Source: Clostridia bacterium (GTDB lineage: Bacteria; Bacillota; Clostridia; UMGS1883; UMGS1540). From it: a stretch of DNA of 64,000 nt. Made by a program: the position numbers and the translations under genes. The notes below the pieces were generated by a model. That model was not told the DNA's origin and did not search any database. It saw only the letters and a program-made list of their open reading frames with translations. Numbering within the stretch: the first letter of the stretch is position 1; each line of letters begins with the position of its first letter. Positions 36,676-45,023 of the stretch are shown piece by piece. The stretch lies in NCBI GenBank assembly GCA_045535515.1, contig JAZSLT010000016.1, positions 11,598-75,597 of the forward strand, given 5' to 3'.

Positions 36676-36712
36676 GAAAAAACGACTTGTCGGAAAACAA
36701 GTCGTTTTTTCT
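36676..36712. terminator. bidirectional terminator downstream of tRNA-Leu
   Basis: ACGACTTGT...ACAAGTCGT stem flanked by an A-run and a T-run. Confidence 0.7.
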
Positions 36713-36798
36713 GGTGCTCGAGACCGGAATCGAACCGGTACGGGATTGCTCCCACGGGATTTTAAGTCCCGGGCGTCTGCCAGTTCCGCCACTCGAGC
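36712..36798 (-). tRNA. tRNA-Leu (anticodon UAA), type II with long variable arm
   Basis: Reverse complement folds as GCTCGAG acceptor, anticodon stem CGGGA/TCCCG with loop CTTAAAA, long variable arm, T-loop TTCGATT and 3' CCA. Confidence 0.85.
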
Positions 36799-36981
36799 TT
36801 TTCAAAACACATATATTTTAGCACATTATTTTCCGCTTGTCAATGCTTTTTTCGCAAAAAGGAAACTCTTTCGGGAGAGACTATTGCTTTTTGGAGAAAA
36901 ATATGGTACAATGACAAAAGGTAGCAGGAAAGTACCCTGTGCGTATGGGGACAGAAAAATTATGCAAAAGAGGAATGAGAC

Positions 36982-38358
36982 TTGAAAACATTTGAGAAGG
37001 ACTTATCAAAAGGGAGCGTAGGCAAGCAGCTTTTTGCGTTTGCCCTGCCTTTTCTTATTTCTAATTTAATACAGTCGCTTTACAGTATGGCCGACATGGT
37101 CATTGTAGGGCGGTACAGCGGCGCGGCGAGCATGTCGGGCGTTAATATCGGCGGGCAGATTACCCTGCTGCTTACCAATTTGGTAATCGGCCTTTGCGCC
37201 GGCGCTACGGCGCTGATAGCGCAGTATATGGGCAGCGGCAAAAGGAAAGCCATGAAAGAAACGGTTGGCACACTTCTCACCACACTCCTTCTTTTGAGCG
37301 TGGTGCTGACGGTGTTTATGGTCCTTGCCAAGGGGGCGCTTTTGCGACTTGTGCAGACGCCGCCGGAGGCTTTTGGGGAGGCGGAAAGCTATCTCCTCAT
37401 TACCGCGTGCGGAACGATTTTCATTTTCGGTTATAATGCGCTGAGCGCCATTATGCGCGGTATGGGCGACAGCCGGAATCCCTTGATTTTCGTGGGGATT
37501 GCCTGTGTCATCAACATTATTCTGGATTACATTCTGGTCGCCGGCTGTGGCATGGCGGCTACAGGCGCGGCCATCGCCACCGTTTTTTCGCAGGCGGTGA
37601 GCATGGTGCTTTGCATCTTATATTTAAAACGCAACAACTTTATTTTCGATTTCAGCCTGCATTCCTTCGGCTTTCACAAAGAGCGGCTGAAAATGCTTCT
37701 GAAGGTGGGCATTCCCACTTCTGTACAGAATGTGGTGGTCGGTATGTCCTTCCTGTTTTTAACAAGCCTTGTAAACACCATGGGCGTTACCGAATCGGCG
37801 GCGCTCGGAGCCGTCGCGAAGTTCAACACCTTTGCCATTTTGCCGGCCTTTGCCATGAACGCCTCGATTGCCGCCATGAGCGGGCAGAATTTAGGAGCAG
37901 GCGAAATGGAGCGCGCGGTAAAGACAATGAAGATTGGCGTGGTTATTGGCTTTTGCATCAGTCTTGTCATCTTCCTGATAGCGCGGATTTGGCCGGAGTG
38001 GATTCTTAGCCTGTTTGCCGATGATGCGGCCATGATTTTGGCCGGTAAGGAATATATGCGCTCCTTTAATTACGAGTACCTTTTAGTGGCACCCCTGTTT
38101 GGCCTGGGAGGCTTGTTTGTCGGAAGCGGACATACAACCTTTACGCTTTTCAACAGCATTCTTTCCTCGGTGCTTATCCGCGTGCCCATGGCGTACATTG
38201 GAGGGGTAGTACTGCATTGGGGCATGTTCGGCGTGGGACTTGCCGGCCCCGTCTCCTCGCTTGTCTCCCTTCTTCTGGCCGTGATTTTCTATAAGACGGG
38301 GAAGTGGAAGAAGATGGTCATTTTAAGAGAGGATACAAAAGGCGCGGAAACGGTGTAA
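36982..38358 (+). CDS. MATE family efflux transporter
   Basis: 458 aa, 12 TM; N-term LPFLISNLIQSLYSMADMVIVGR typical of MATE. TTG start 8 nt after AAGAGGAA; start codon is uncertain. Confidence 0.8.
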   Translation: MKTFEKDLSKGSVGKQLFAFALPFLISNLIQSLYSMADMVIVGRYSGAASMSGVNIGGQITLLLTNLVIGLCAGATALIAQYMGSGKRKAMKETVGTLLTTLLLLSVVLTVFMVLAKGALLRLVQTPPEAFGEAESYLLITACGTIFIFGYNALSAIMRGMGDSRNPLIFVGIACVINIILDYILVAGCGMAATGAAIATVFSQAVSMVLCILYLKRNNFIFDFSLHSFGFHKERLKMLLKVGIPTSVQNVVVGMSFLFLTSLVNTMGVTESAALGAVAKFNTFAILPAFAMNASIAAMSGQNLGAGEMERAVKTMKIGVVIGFCISLVIFLIARIWPEWILSLFADDAAMILAGKEYMRSFNYEYLLVAPLFGLGGLFVGSGHTTFTLFNSILSSVLIRVPMAYIGGVVLHWGMFGVGLAGPVSSLVSLLLAVIFYKTGKWKKMVILREDTKGAETV

Positions 38359-38407
38359 ATTTTCGCATCCTCGCGCGCCTGTGGACGGCGGTAAGTTATA
38401 AAAGCCC

Positions 38408-38436
38408 TTGACAAAAAGAGGGAATTTTTATATAAT
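38408..38436 (+). promoter_or_regulatory. sigma-A promoter of asnA
   Basis: TTGACA, 17 nt, TATAAT. Confidence 0.55.
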
Positions 38437-38502
38437 AATGGGCATAGTTTCTATACAGCGAGGGTGCAAAAGGCGCCTTAGGCGTTAGAAGGGAATGGTT
38501 AT

Positions 38503-39510
38503 ATGAGTAAGATGATGCTCCCGGAAGGCTATCGGGATACGCTCAGCCTGTTTGATACACAGATTGCTATTGGCATGATAAAAAGAAGCTTTGAGGATAA
38601 GCTGTCGGCGGCGCTCAATCTCCGCCGCGTGTCGGCACCGCTGTTTGTAGAGCCGGCAACGGGACTTAACGATGATTTGAGCGGAAAGGAACGCGCCGTC
38701 CGCTTTGATGTTCTGGAAACGGGGCGCGATGCAGTTGTGGTACATTCTTTGGCCAAGTGGAAGCGCATGGCGCTTTATACATACGGCTTTGCGCCGGGCA
38801 TGGGACTTTATACGGATATGAACGCCATCCGCCGCGATGAGGAAATGGACAATCTGCACTCTATATATGTGGACCAATGGGATTGGGAAAAGGTGATTAC
38901 ACCCGAGGAGAGAACCGGGGAGTACCTTTGCCGTACTGTAGAGGCGATTGTAGGCGCCCTTTTTGAAACATGGGAAGAAATTAAGACGGTATATCCGGCT
39001 TTGACGACAGAGCTTCCCCGCACCGTTTCGTTTGTGACGACGGAGGAGCTTCTCGGGATGTACCCGGATAAAACCCCGAAGGAAAGAGAAAACGCGTATC
39101 TGAAAGAACATAAGTGCGCCTTTATCATGCAAATCGGCGATGTATTGTCAAACGGCGAAAAGCATGACGGCCGCGCACCGGACTATGACGATTGGACGCT
39201 CAACGGCGATATTTTGTACTGGAACGATGTTTTAGGATGTGCCTTTGAAATTTCGTCCATGGGTATTCGCGTCGATAAGGCGGCGCTGGAGGCGCAGCTT
39301 AAAAAGGCAGGGTGTGAGGACAGAAAGGGCCTTTTGTTCCACAAGCTCCTTTTAGAGGATAAGCTGCCCCTGACCATCGGCGGCGGCATCGGCCAATCGA
39401 GAGTTTGCATGCTGCTTTTAGGTAAGGTGCATGTGGGGCAGGTGCAGGTTTCCGTGTGGGATGATGCCACCGTGAAAACTTGCCGCGATGCAGGGATTAC
39501 ACTTTTATAA
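38503..39510 (+). CDS. asnA: aspartate--ammonia ligase (asparagine synthetase A)
   Basis: 335 aa; class II aaRS-like fold, N-term MSKMMLPEGY..., and typical AsnA length. Bidirectional terminator at 39519-39555. Confidence 0.85.
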   Translation: MSKMMLPEGYRDTLSLFDTQIAIGMIKRSFEDKLSAALNLRRVSAPLFVEPATGLNDDLSGKERAVRFDVLETGRDAVVVHSLAKWKRMALYTYGFAPGMGLYTDMNAIRRDEEMDNLHSIYVDQWDWEKVITPEERTGEYLCRTVEAIVGALFETWEEIKTVYPALTTELPRTVSFVTTEELLGMYPDKTPKERENAYLKEHKCAFIMQIGDVLSNGEKHDGRAPDYDDWTLNGDILYWNDVLGCAFEISSMGIRVDKAALEAQLKKAGCEDRKGLLFHKLLLEDKLPLTIGGGIGQSRVCMLLLGKVHVGQVQVSVWDDATVKTCRDAGITLL

Positions 39511-39567
39511 GAAAAAGCAAAAGGCAGAACGAAGTATTCGTTCTGCCTTTTGAAATGGCTGTCCGTA

Positions 39568-40233
39568 TTACACGATAGAGGTGATAATACCGTCCTCTAC
39601 CGTTATGGTCTTGTTGTCTGCCACAAAGGTACCGCTTGCGCCGCACCCGATGGATACAGAGCCGCTTTGCGAGCCGATTACAATTCTGTGCCCGAAAATT
39701 TCCATGCCGCCGGCATCCAGCATACGGATACCGCCGATGCGCGTGCCGCTGTAATAAAGGCTTAAGGTATCCTCTCTTCCGTCATTTTCGAGGGCAATAT
39801 AGTCTTTGAAAACATTGGGCGCGATGCGGACATTGGTACCTTCAATTTCCGCACCGGAAATCTTGGCGCCGGAAATGGAGGCCCCTTCAATGTGGCCGGA
39901 AAATACGGCGTTGCCGTCCTCGTCGAGATGGATAGCCTCGCCGCCGCGCGCATCATAAATTTCAAAAACGAAATCGCCTTCGCGGCTTTTGCCGAATACG
40001 GCGCGAAGGCGGCCACTGGCGTCCAGCATCCGGATTTGCGCGCCGTCGAGCGTGGTTGCACCGTCTTCACTTTCTATCTTGGTAAGACTTGTGTTTAGGG
40101 CGGTTACATTCCGGCTGTCCAGATGCGAAAGTAGCCACGAAAGGTTTTTCTGCATCTTCACAATGGCTTCGCTAAGTGCCTCGTTGTCCTCCGAAAAGCC
40201 GGCTAAATTCTGTTCCAGTACAATTTCTGCCAT
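39568..40233 (-). CDS. phage-related structural protein (tail-fiber-like, Gly-rich beta repeats)
   Basis: 221 aa; repeated GxI(E/S)G segments (FSGHIEGASISGAKISGAEIEGTNVRI). Immediately downstream of a terminase large subunit and shares a 10-nt gap with it. Confidence 0.35.
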   Translation of the reverse strand: MAEIVLEQNLAGFSEDNEALSEAIVKMQKNLSWLLSHLDSRNVTALNTSLTKIESEDGATTLDGAQIRMLDASGRLRAVFGKSREGDFVFEIYDARGGEAIHLDEDGNAVFSGHIEGASISGAKISGAEIEGTNVRIAPNVFKDYIALENDGREDTLSLYYSGTRIGGIRMLDAGGMEIFGHRIVIGSQSGSVSIGCGASGTFVADNKTITVEDGIITSIV

Positions 40234-40242
40234 ATAGATTCC

Positions 40243-41568
40243 TCACTTTCTTTTTTTAATATCAATGCTGTTTTCGTCCCGATTATCTAAAAGCTCACCC
40301 GGCGTAAAACGCCCCTGCCGGATTTTAGGCGGAGTGGACAGCGCAGGGCGCGACATCACGGCATAGCGGACCGATTCGGGCGCGTGCGTAATTTCATGGG
40401 GACTGTCGGACGCGTCCTCGGGCGAGTGGGGGTCATACAAAAGCGCAGGAAGGGTTCGTATAATGTGAATACAGTTTTCAAAAAACGAGATTTTCTTTCC
40501 GCGCAAGTATTCCCGCAGTACGCGCCAGCCGGCCACGCGGCGGTTGTCGGCACGAATAAGGCCGCATAAGCCCTTTTCGGCCATAATTTCCACACCGCTT
40601 TTCCCCGTGTCCTGCCGCCGGTTCCATAAATCGGGGGAGGCCACCGTATAGGAAATTTTTTCCTCCGGCGGCGAGAGAGACAGAATTTCCTGCGCCGCCT
40701 CGGAAAGGGTAAGTCCGCTTTTGTAAAGCTCGCGGTAGCAGGTAAGATTGCCCTCGCCATCTACGGCCCACCAGTGACAGGCCGTCATATCCAGACCATA
40801 GTCAAGGCTCCGAAACCGCTTGTGATAGGCAGGGATAGCCTCGGGCGGCCGGACATGTGTCCGGCGGGAAAACTCGCCGAAGAACTGGCCCTCAAAGATG
40901 TCCCAATCCCCATAGAGGAGCGCCCTTTTTTCGTTTTCGGGGAGAAGCATAAGGCGGGAGAGGTAGTCGGCATCCTTTTCCATTAAAAACCGGTTTTCCT
41001 CCACGCGCGCAGGGATAAAAATGCGCGTTCGCTCCTCGCCGAATACCGTAAACGGCGGCGCAGGGGAAATAAATCGCGCCTTCACCCAGCCGTGTCCGCG
41101 GCTGCCGGGATTTGTGGTGCTTTTCATTTGTTTCGGGTATCCGCTCGTGCCGCGCAGGCGGCTGAGCATATATAGGTATTGGTATTCTGTAAAATGCGTC
41201 AGCTCGTCAAAACGAATGACATCATATTCGGCCGATTGATACATCATCACATCCGTATCCGCCGCCAGAAAACCAAATTCAATCAGGGAACCGTTGGAAA
41301 GCGTTAATTTGTGCTTGGTGCTCTGGTACTTATAAAGGGGCCTTGGAATAAGCTCCAGCGCCGTCAGAATGAGAGAACGCTCCAGCGCAGGGAATGAGGA
41401 GCGGAGCAGGAGCTGGCGGCTTTTGGGGTAGCGCATGGCATAGAGAAAGGCATCCACCACCTGCCCGTACGATTTGCCGCCTCCGGCTGCACCGCCGTAC
41501 AAAACCTCGTCGGCCGCGGCCTCGACAAAGGCCGCCTGCTTTCGGGTAATGGAAAGGGTATATTCCAT
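40243..41568 (-). CDS. phage terminase large subunit
   Basis: Walker A GGAAGGGKS near the N-terminus and a C-terminal nuclease-like half; start at MEYTLSITRKQ. No other phage genes adjacent. Confidence 0.8.
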   Translation of the reverse strand: MEYTLSITRKQAAFVEAAADEVLYGGAAGGGKSYGQVVDAFLYAMRYPKSRQLLLRSSFPALERSLILTALELIPRPLYKYQSTKHKLTLSNGSLIEFGFLAADTDVMMYQSAEYDVIRFDELTHFTEYQYLYMLSRLRGTSGYPKQMKSTTNPGSRGHGWVKARFISPAPPFTVFGEERTRIFIPARVEENRFLMEKDADYLSRLMLLPENEKRALLYGDWDIFEGQFFGEFSRRTHVRPPEAIPAYHKRFRSLDYGLDMTACHWWAVDGEGNLTCYRELYKSGLTLSEAAQEILSLSPPEEKISYTVASPDLWNRRQDTGKSGVEIMAEKGLCGLIRADNRRVAGWRVLREYLRGKKISFFENCIHIIRTLPALLYDPHSPEDASDSPHEITHAPESVRYAVMSRPALSTPPKIRQGRFTPGELLDNRDENSIDIKKRK

Positions 41569-41569
41569 T

Positions 41570-41746
41570 TCATTCGACCACGCGGATTTTGACCTCCACA
41601 TTCTGGGCGTGCGGAGTCTCCTCGTCTGCAAGCTTTAAAAGACATTCCGAAACCTTGAGCCGGTCCTTCACATCCGCCGCCTCATCGCGGAGAACAGAGG
41701 TCAGAAAGGCTTGCACTTCCTTTTTGTCGGCTACTTTTTTTCGCAT
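41570..41746 (-). CDS. small phage-associated protein upstream of terminase (possible small-subunit remnant)
   Basis: About 58 aa from MRKKVADKKEVQAFL..., GGAGG 7 nt upstream. Stop is separated from the terminase ATG by 1 nt. Start coordinate is +/-1 nt. Confidence 0.3.
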   Translation of the reverse strand: MRKKVADKKEVQAFLTSVLRDEAADVKDRLKVSECLLKLADEETPHAQNVEVKIRVVE

Positions 41747-41957
41747 GGATTTCACCTCCTTTCTCCCATTAGTATACAGGAGAAAGCATGAAGGGAACAG
41801 GGCAGGAAACAGGCGCAGGAAAAAGGCGGAAAACAGGCACGGCGTCGATAAAGGGCGGATTTTCAAAAATTTCCGCGTTTTGTGAAAATAAGGCTTGATT
41901 TATCCGGTGGAAAATGGTAAAATATTGGTAAATTCATTTGGAAGGATGGTTACAACT

Positions 41958-42650
41958 ATGAAATTTTCCCACGAAGTGCAACAGATGCAATGCGTGGCAA
42001 AGGGTGTTTGTCACGGACCCGCTCCCATTCCGGAAGAGGGAAAATGGGTTAAAGTGAAGGAAATCAGCGATATTTCCGGCCTGACACATGGTGTGGGCTG
42101 GTGCGCACCCCAGCAGGGTATGTGCAAGCTTACGCTGAATGTGAAAAACGGTATTATTGAAGAGGCCCTGATTGAAACCTGCGGCTGCTCGGGCATGACA
42201 CATTCTGCCGCTATGGCCGGCGAAATTCTGACCGGGAAGACGCTTTTGGAAGCACTCAACAGCGACCTTGTATGTGATGCTATCAATACGGCTATGCGCG
42301 AGCTGTTCTTGCAGATTGTATACGGCAGAAGCCAGACGGCTTTCTCTGAGGACGGTCTGCCCATCGGTGCCGGTCTTGAGGACCTTGGCAAAGGTCTCAG
42401 AAGCCAGATTGGTACGGTTTTCTCCACAAAGGAAAAAGGCCCCCGCTATCTGGAACTTGCGGAAGGCTATATTACTAAGATTGCGCTCGATGACGAAGGC
42501 CATATTATTGGCTACAAGTTTGTGCATCTCGGCAAAATGATGGATATGATTGCCAAGGGCGTAGATGCAAACGAAGCTTTGGAAAAGGCTTCCGGTCAGT
42601 ATGGCAGATTTGATGACGCAGCAAAGGTCATCAATCCGCGCGAGCAGTAG
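41958..42650 (+). CDS. IscU/NifU-like Fe-S scaffold-domain protein (extended, 230 aa)
   Basis: IETCGCSGMTHSAAMAGEILTGKTLLEAL parallels iscU KFKTFGCGAAIATSSMATELVKGKTVEEAL. LVCDAIN and VCHGP supply the other two Cys positions. Confidence 0.5.
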   Translation: MKFSHEVQQMQCVAKGVCHGPAPIPEEGKWVKVKEISDISGLTHGVGWCAPQQGMCKLTLNVKNGIIEEALIETCGCSGMTHSAAMAGEILTGKTLLEALNSDLVCDAINTAMRELFLQIVYGRSQTAFSEDGLPIGAGLEDLGKGLRSQIGTVFSTKEKGPRYLELAEGYITKIALDDEGHIIGYKFVHLGKMMDMIAKGVDANEALEKASGQYGRFDDAAKVINPREQ

Positions 42651-42664
42651 AAAGGAGAATGGAC

Positions 42665-43660
42665 ATGCCTTTATTTGAAAGCTATGAAAGAAGAATTGAC
42701 CAGATAAATGCCACCTTGGCAAAATACGGTATTGGCTCTATTGAAGAAGCTAAGAAAATTTGTGACGATAAGGGTCTGGATATTTACAACCTCGTAAAAT
42801 CCATTCAGCCCATTTGCTTTGAGAATGCTTGCTGGGCGTACATAGTCGGCGCGGCGATTGCCATTAAGAAGGGCTACAAGAATGCAAGCGAAGCTGCCGA
42901 AATTTTGGGCGAAGGTCTCCAGTCCTTCTGCATCCCCGGCTCTGTTGCGGATGACAGAAAGGTTGGTCTTGGCCACGGAAACTTGGGCGCCATGCTTCTC
43001 CGCGATGAAACGAAGTGCTTTGCCTTCCTGGCCGGTCACGAATCCTTTGCCGCCGCAGAAGGCGCCATCGGTATTGCCCGTTCTGCCAACAAGGTAAGAA
43101 AAGAACCGCTGCAGGTAATCCTCAATGGTCTCGGCAAGGATGCAGCACAGATTATTTCCAGAATTAACGGCTTTACCTATGTAGAAACGGAATTTGATTA
43201 CTACACAGGCGAGCTGAAGATTGTATATGAAAAGGCATATTCGAATGGCGAACGCGCAAAGGTACGCTGCTTCGGTGCGGACGATGTTCGCGAGGGTGTT
43301 GCCATTATGCACCATGAAAAGGTTGATGTTTCCATTACCGGTAACTCCACCAACCCCACCCGTTTCCAGCACCCTGCTGCCGGCACCTACAAGAAGGAAT
43401 GTATCGAACAGGGCAAAAAGTACTTCTCCGTGGCTTCGGGCGGCGGTACAGGCAGAACGCTCCATCCCGATAACATGGCCGCAGGTCCTGCTTCCTACGG
43501 CATGACCGATACGATGGGCCGTATGCACTCGGACGCCCAGTTTGCAGGCTCCTCTTCCGTTCCTGCACATGTAGAGATGATGGGCCTTATCGGCGCCGGT
43601 AACAACCCGATGGTTGGTATGACCGTTGCGGTGGCGGTTGCCCTTTCTGAGCTTCTGTAA
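42665..43660 (+). CDS. GGGtGRT family protein (function unknown)
   Basis: Contains the eponymous SGGGTGRT motif near the C-terminus. About 330 aa as expected for the family; start at the ATG 7 nt after AAAGGAGA. Terminator at 43672-43706. Confidence 0.55.
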   Translation: MPLFESYERRIDQINATLAKYGIGSIEEAKKICDDKGLDIYNLVKSIQPICFENACWAYIVGAAIAIKKGYKNASEAAEILGEGLQSFCIPGSVADDRKVGLGHGNLGAMLLRDETKCFAFLAGHESFAAAEGAIGIARSANKVRKEPLQVILNGLGKDAAQIISRINGFTYVETEFDYYTGELKIVYEKAYSNGERAKVRCFGADDVREGVAIMHHEKVDVSITGNSTNPTRFQHPAAGTYKKECIEQGKKYFSVASGGGTGRTLHPDNMAAGPASYGMTDTMGRMHSDAQFAGSSSVPAHVEMMGLIGAGNNPMVGMTVAVAVALSELL

Positions 43661-43713
43661 GAATAAAACACAAAAAAGCGCATCCAAAATTCGGATGCGC
43701 TTTTTGCGTGGCA

Positions 43714-44730
43714 TTACGACATCGTAACATGCTTATACATTTTTTCTACCGCTTCGTTCATATTCACGGGGGAGAGTTTAATGTACGGATGTTCGCTTTG
43801 GAACACAACAAAAATCTGATGTGCAAAGCCTTGTCCCATCCAGTCCACTTTGTCAAAATCCAATACAACCTCTTCAAATTTCGAAAGCTGATTACAAACG
43901 CGCCGCGCCTGTGAGCGGGAGACGGGTGAAGTCTCAAAAATATTTTTAAGCGGAATTTGCGTTTTGACAAAGCGCGAGTCCGCATCGGAATATTCGTCAA
44001 AAATTTCTTTGGCCTGTTTTTTGGAATGATTGGAAAGGGACATAATAACAATGGTTCCCTTGTGGTTTGAAAATTCGGGAAAATCAAGCGTCCGGCTATC
44101 GTCATATTTATTTACCGCGAACAACTTTCCGGAGGAATAGATTAAAAAACCATCCATTATCTTGGAGCTGAAAAAGATGCCTTCTCCCGAATGTCTTGTT
44201 TCATCGGTGGTAAGCTTGCCTTTGAACAGTTCGCAAACGGCATCATCATAGCTGTCAAGGTTAAAATGCGTTTTAATCTTTTCAAATATACCTACGCCGT
44301 CATCGATGATAGTAACCACAGTTTCGAGGAAATTGCGCGAAACCGTAATAACTGCGCGCTCTGCCTGCGAATGGTCAATGACATTATTTATCATTTCGCT
44401 GAAGGTGTATTCCCATATACCCTTCACATTCTCGTCTAAATCCGAAATGATGTCTTTCAGATATTTAGAATACGCATAACTGTCATCATCTAAATCTCCG
44501 GCATTTCTATATAAAACAAAGGTGGTTTTCTGATTGATAAGCGCATATTCGCCTCTTTTTAGTTTTTCAATAGTTCCTTGTTGTAAAAGTTTTTTGATGT
44601 ACGAATGAACGGTGGATTCGTTGATGCCAAATGCTTTTTGTACGCTGGGCACAATGCTGTCGCTCTTTTTGCTAATCTTTTCCAGGATATATTGTATAAT
44701 GGCGTTTTTCTTTTCCGCATCAAATTTCAT
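43714..44730 (-). CDS. single-chain winged-HTH / GHKL-ATPase / STAS-like (DUF4325-type) protein
   Basis: N-term wHTH (VHSYIKKLLQQGTIEKLKRGEY). Central GHKL-like region (INNVIDHS...DDGVGIF). C-terminal VLDFDKVDWMGQGFAHQIF resembles STAS domains of the anti-anti-sigma type. About 40% GC against a roughly 58% background. Confidence 0.45.
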   Translation of the reverse strand: MKFDAEKKNAIIQYILEKISKKSDSIVPSVQKAFGINESTVHSYIKKLLQQGTIEKLKRGEYALINQKTTFVLYRNAGDLDDDSYAYSKYLKDIISDLDENVKGIWEYTFSEMINNVIDHSQAERAVITVSRNFLETVVTIIDDGVGIFEKIKTHFNLDSYDDAVCELFKGKLTTDETRHSGEGIFFSSKIMDGFLIYSSGKLFAVNKYDDSRTLDFPEFSNHKGTIVIMSLSNHSKKQAKEIFDEYSDADSRFVKTQIPLKNIFETSPVSRSQARRVCNQLSKFEEVVLDFDKVDWMGQGFAHQIFVVFQSEHPYIKLSPVNMNEAVEKMYKHVTMS

Positions 44731-44790
44731 ATGCACACCTCTTTTATGCTCTATTATATGCTTATTATACAGGCTTATTCAAATAAAGTC

Positions 44791-44874
44791 AAGAGAAACT
44801 TGTTATAAATTGCAAAAAACTATTTAAAAATAAAAACAAACTGGTTTTTATAAAAATTAAAACAAGTTTCTCTT
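44791..44874. repeat. perfect 14-bp inverted repeat (AAGAGAAACTTGTT / AACAAGTTTCTCTT) separated by 56 bp of AT-rich DNA
   Basis: Read directly in the sequence, in the divergent intergenic region between the HTH-GHKL-STAS gene and the L,D-transpeptidase gene. Confidence 0.7.
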
Positions 44875-45023
44875 TTTCAAGGCATGATTTAGGTGAAAAC
44901 CGCGAAGAAAGATGAAACAGGGAAAAACCTTATAAAATGGGAGGTTCTGCCATATTTTTCTTGACTTTTCAAAGGCTTTGTGGTATTATCGAACAAGACA
45001 TAAAATGAGGAGTGAAAAAGAAT

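Noticed and set aside
36674-36985. 103 aa plus-strand ORF
   Set aside because: It spans the bidirectional terminator, the tRNA-Leu gene (opposite strand) and the MATE promoter. Its coding potential is implausible.
39568-41866. Intact prophage
   Set aside because: Only terminase plus two small flanking genes are present. Host housekeeping genes abut both sides, and there is no integrase, portal, capsid or lysis gene.
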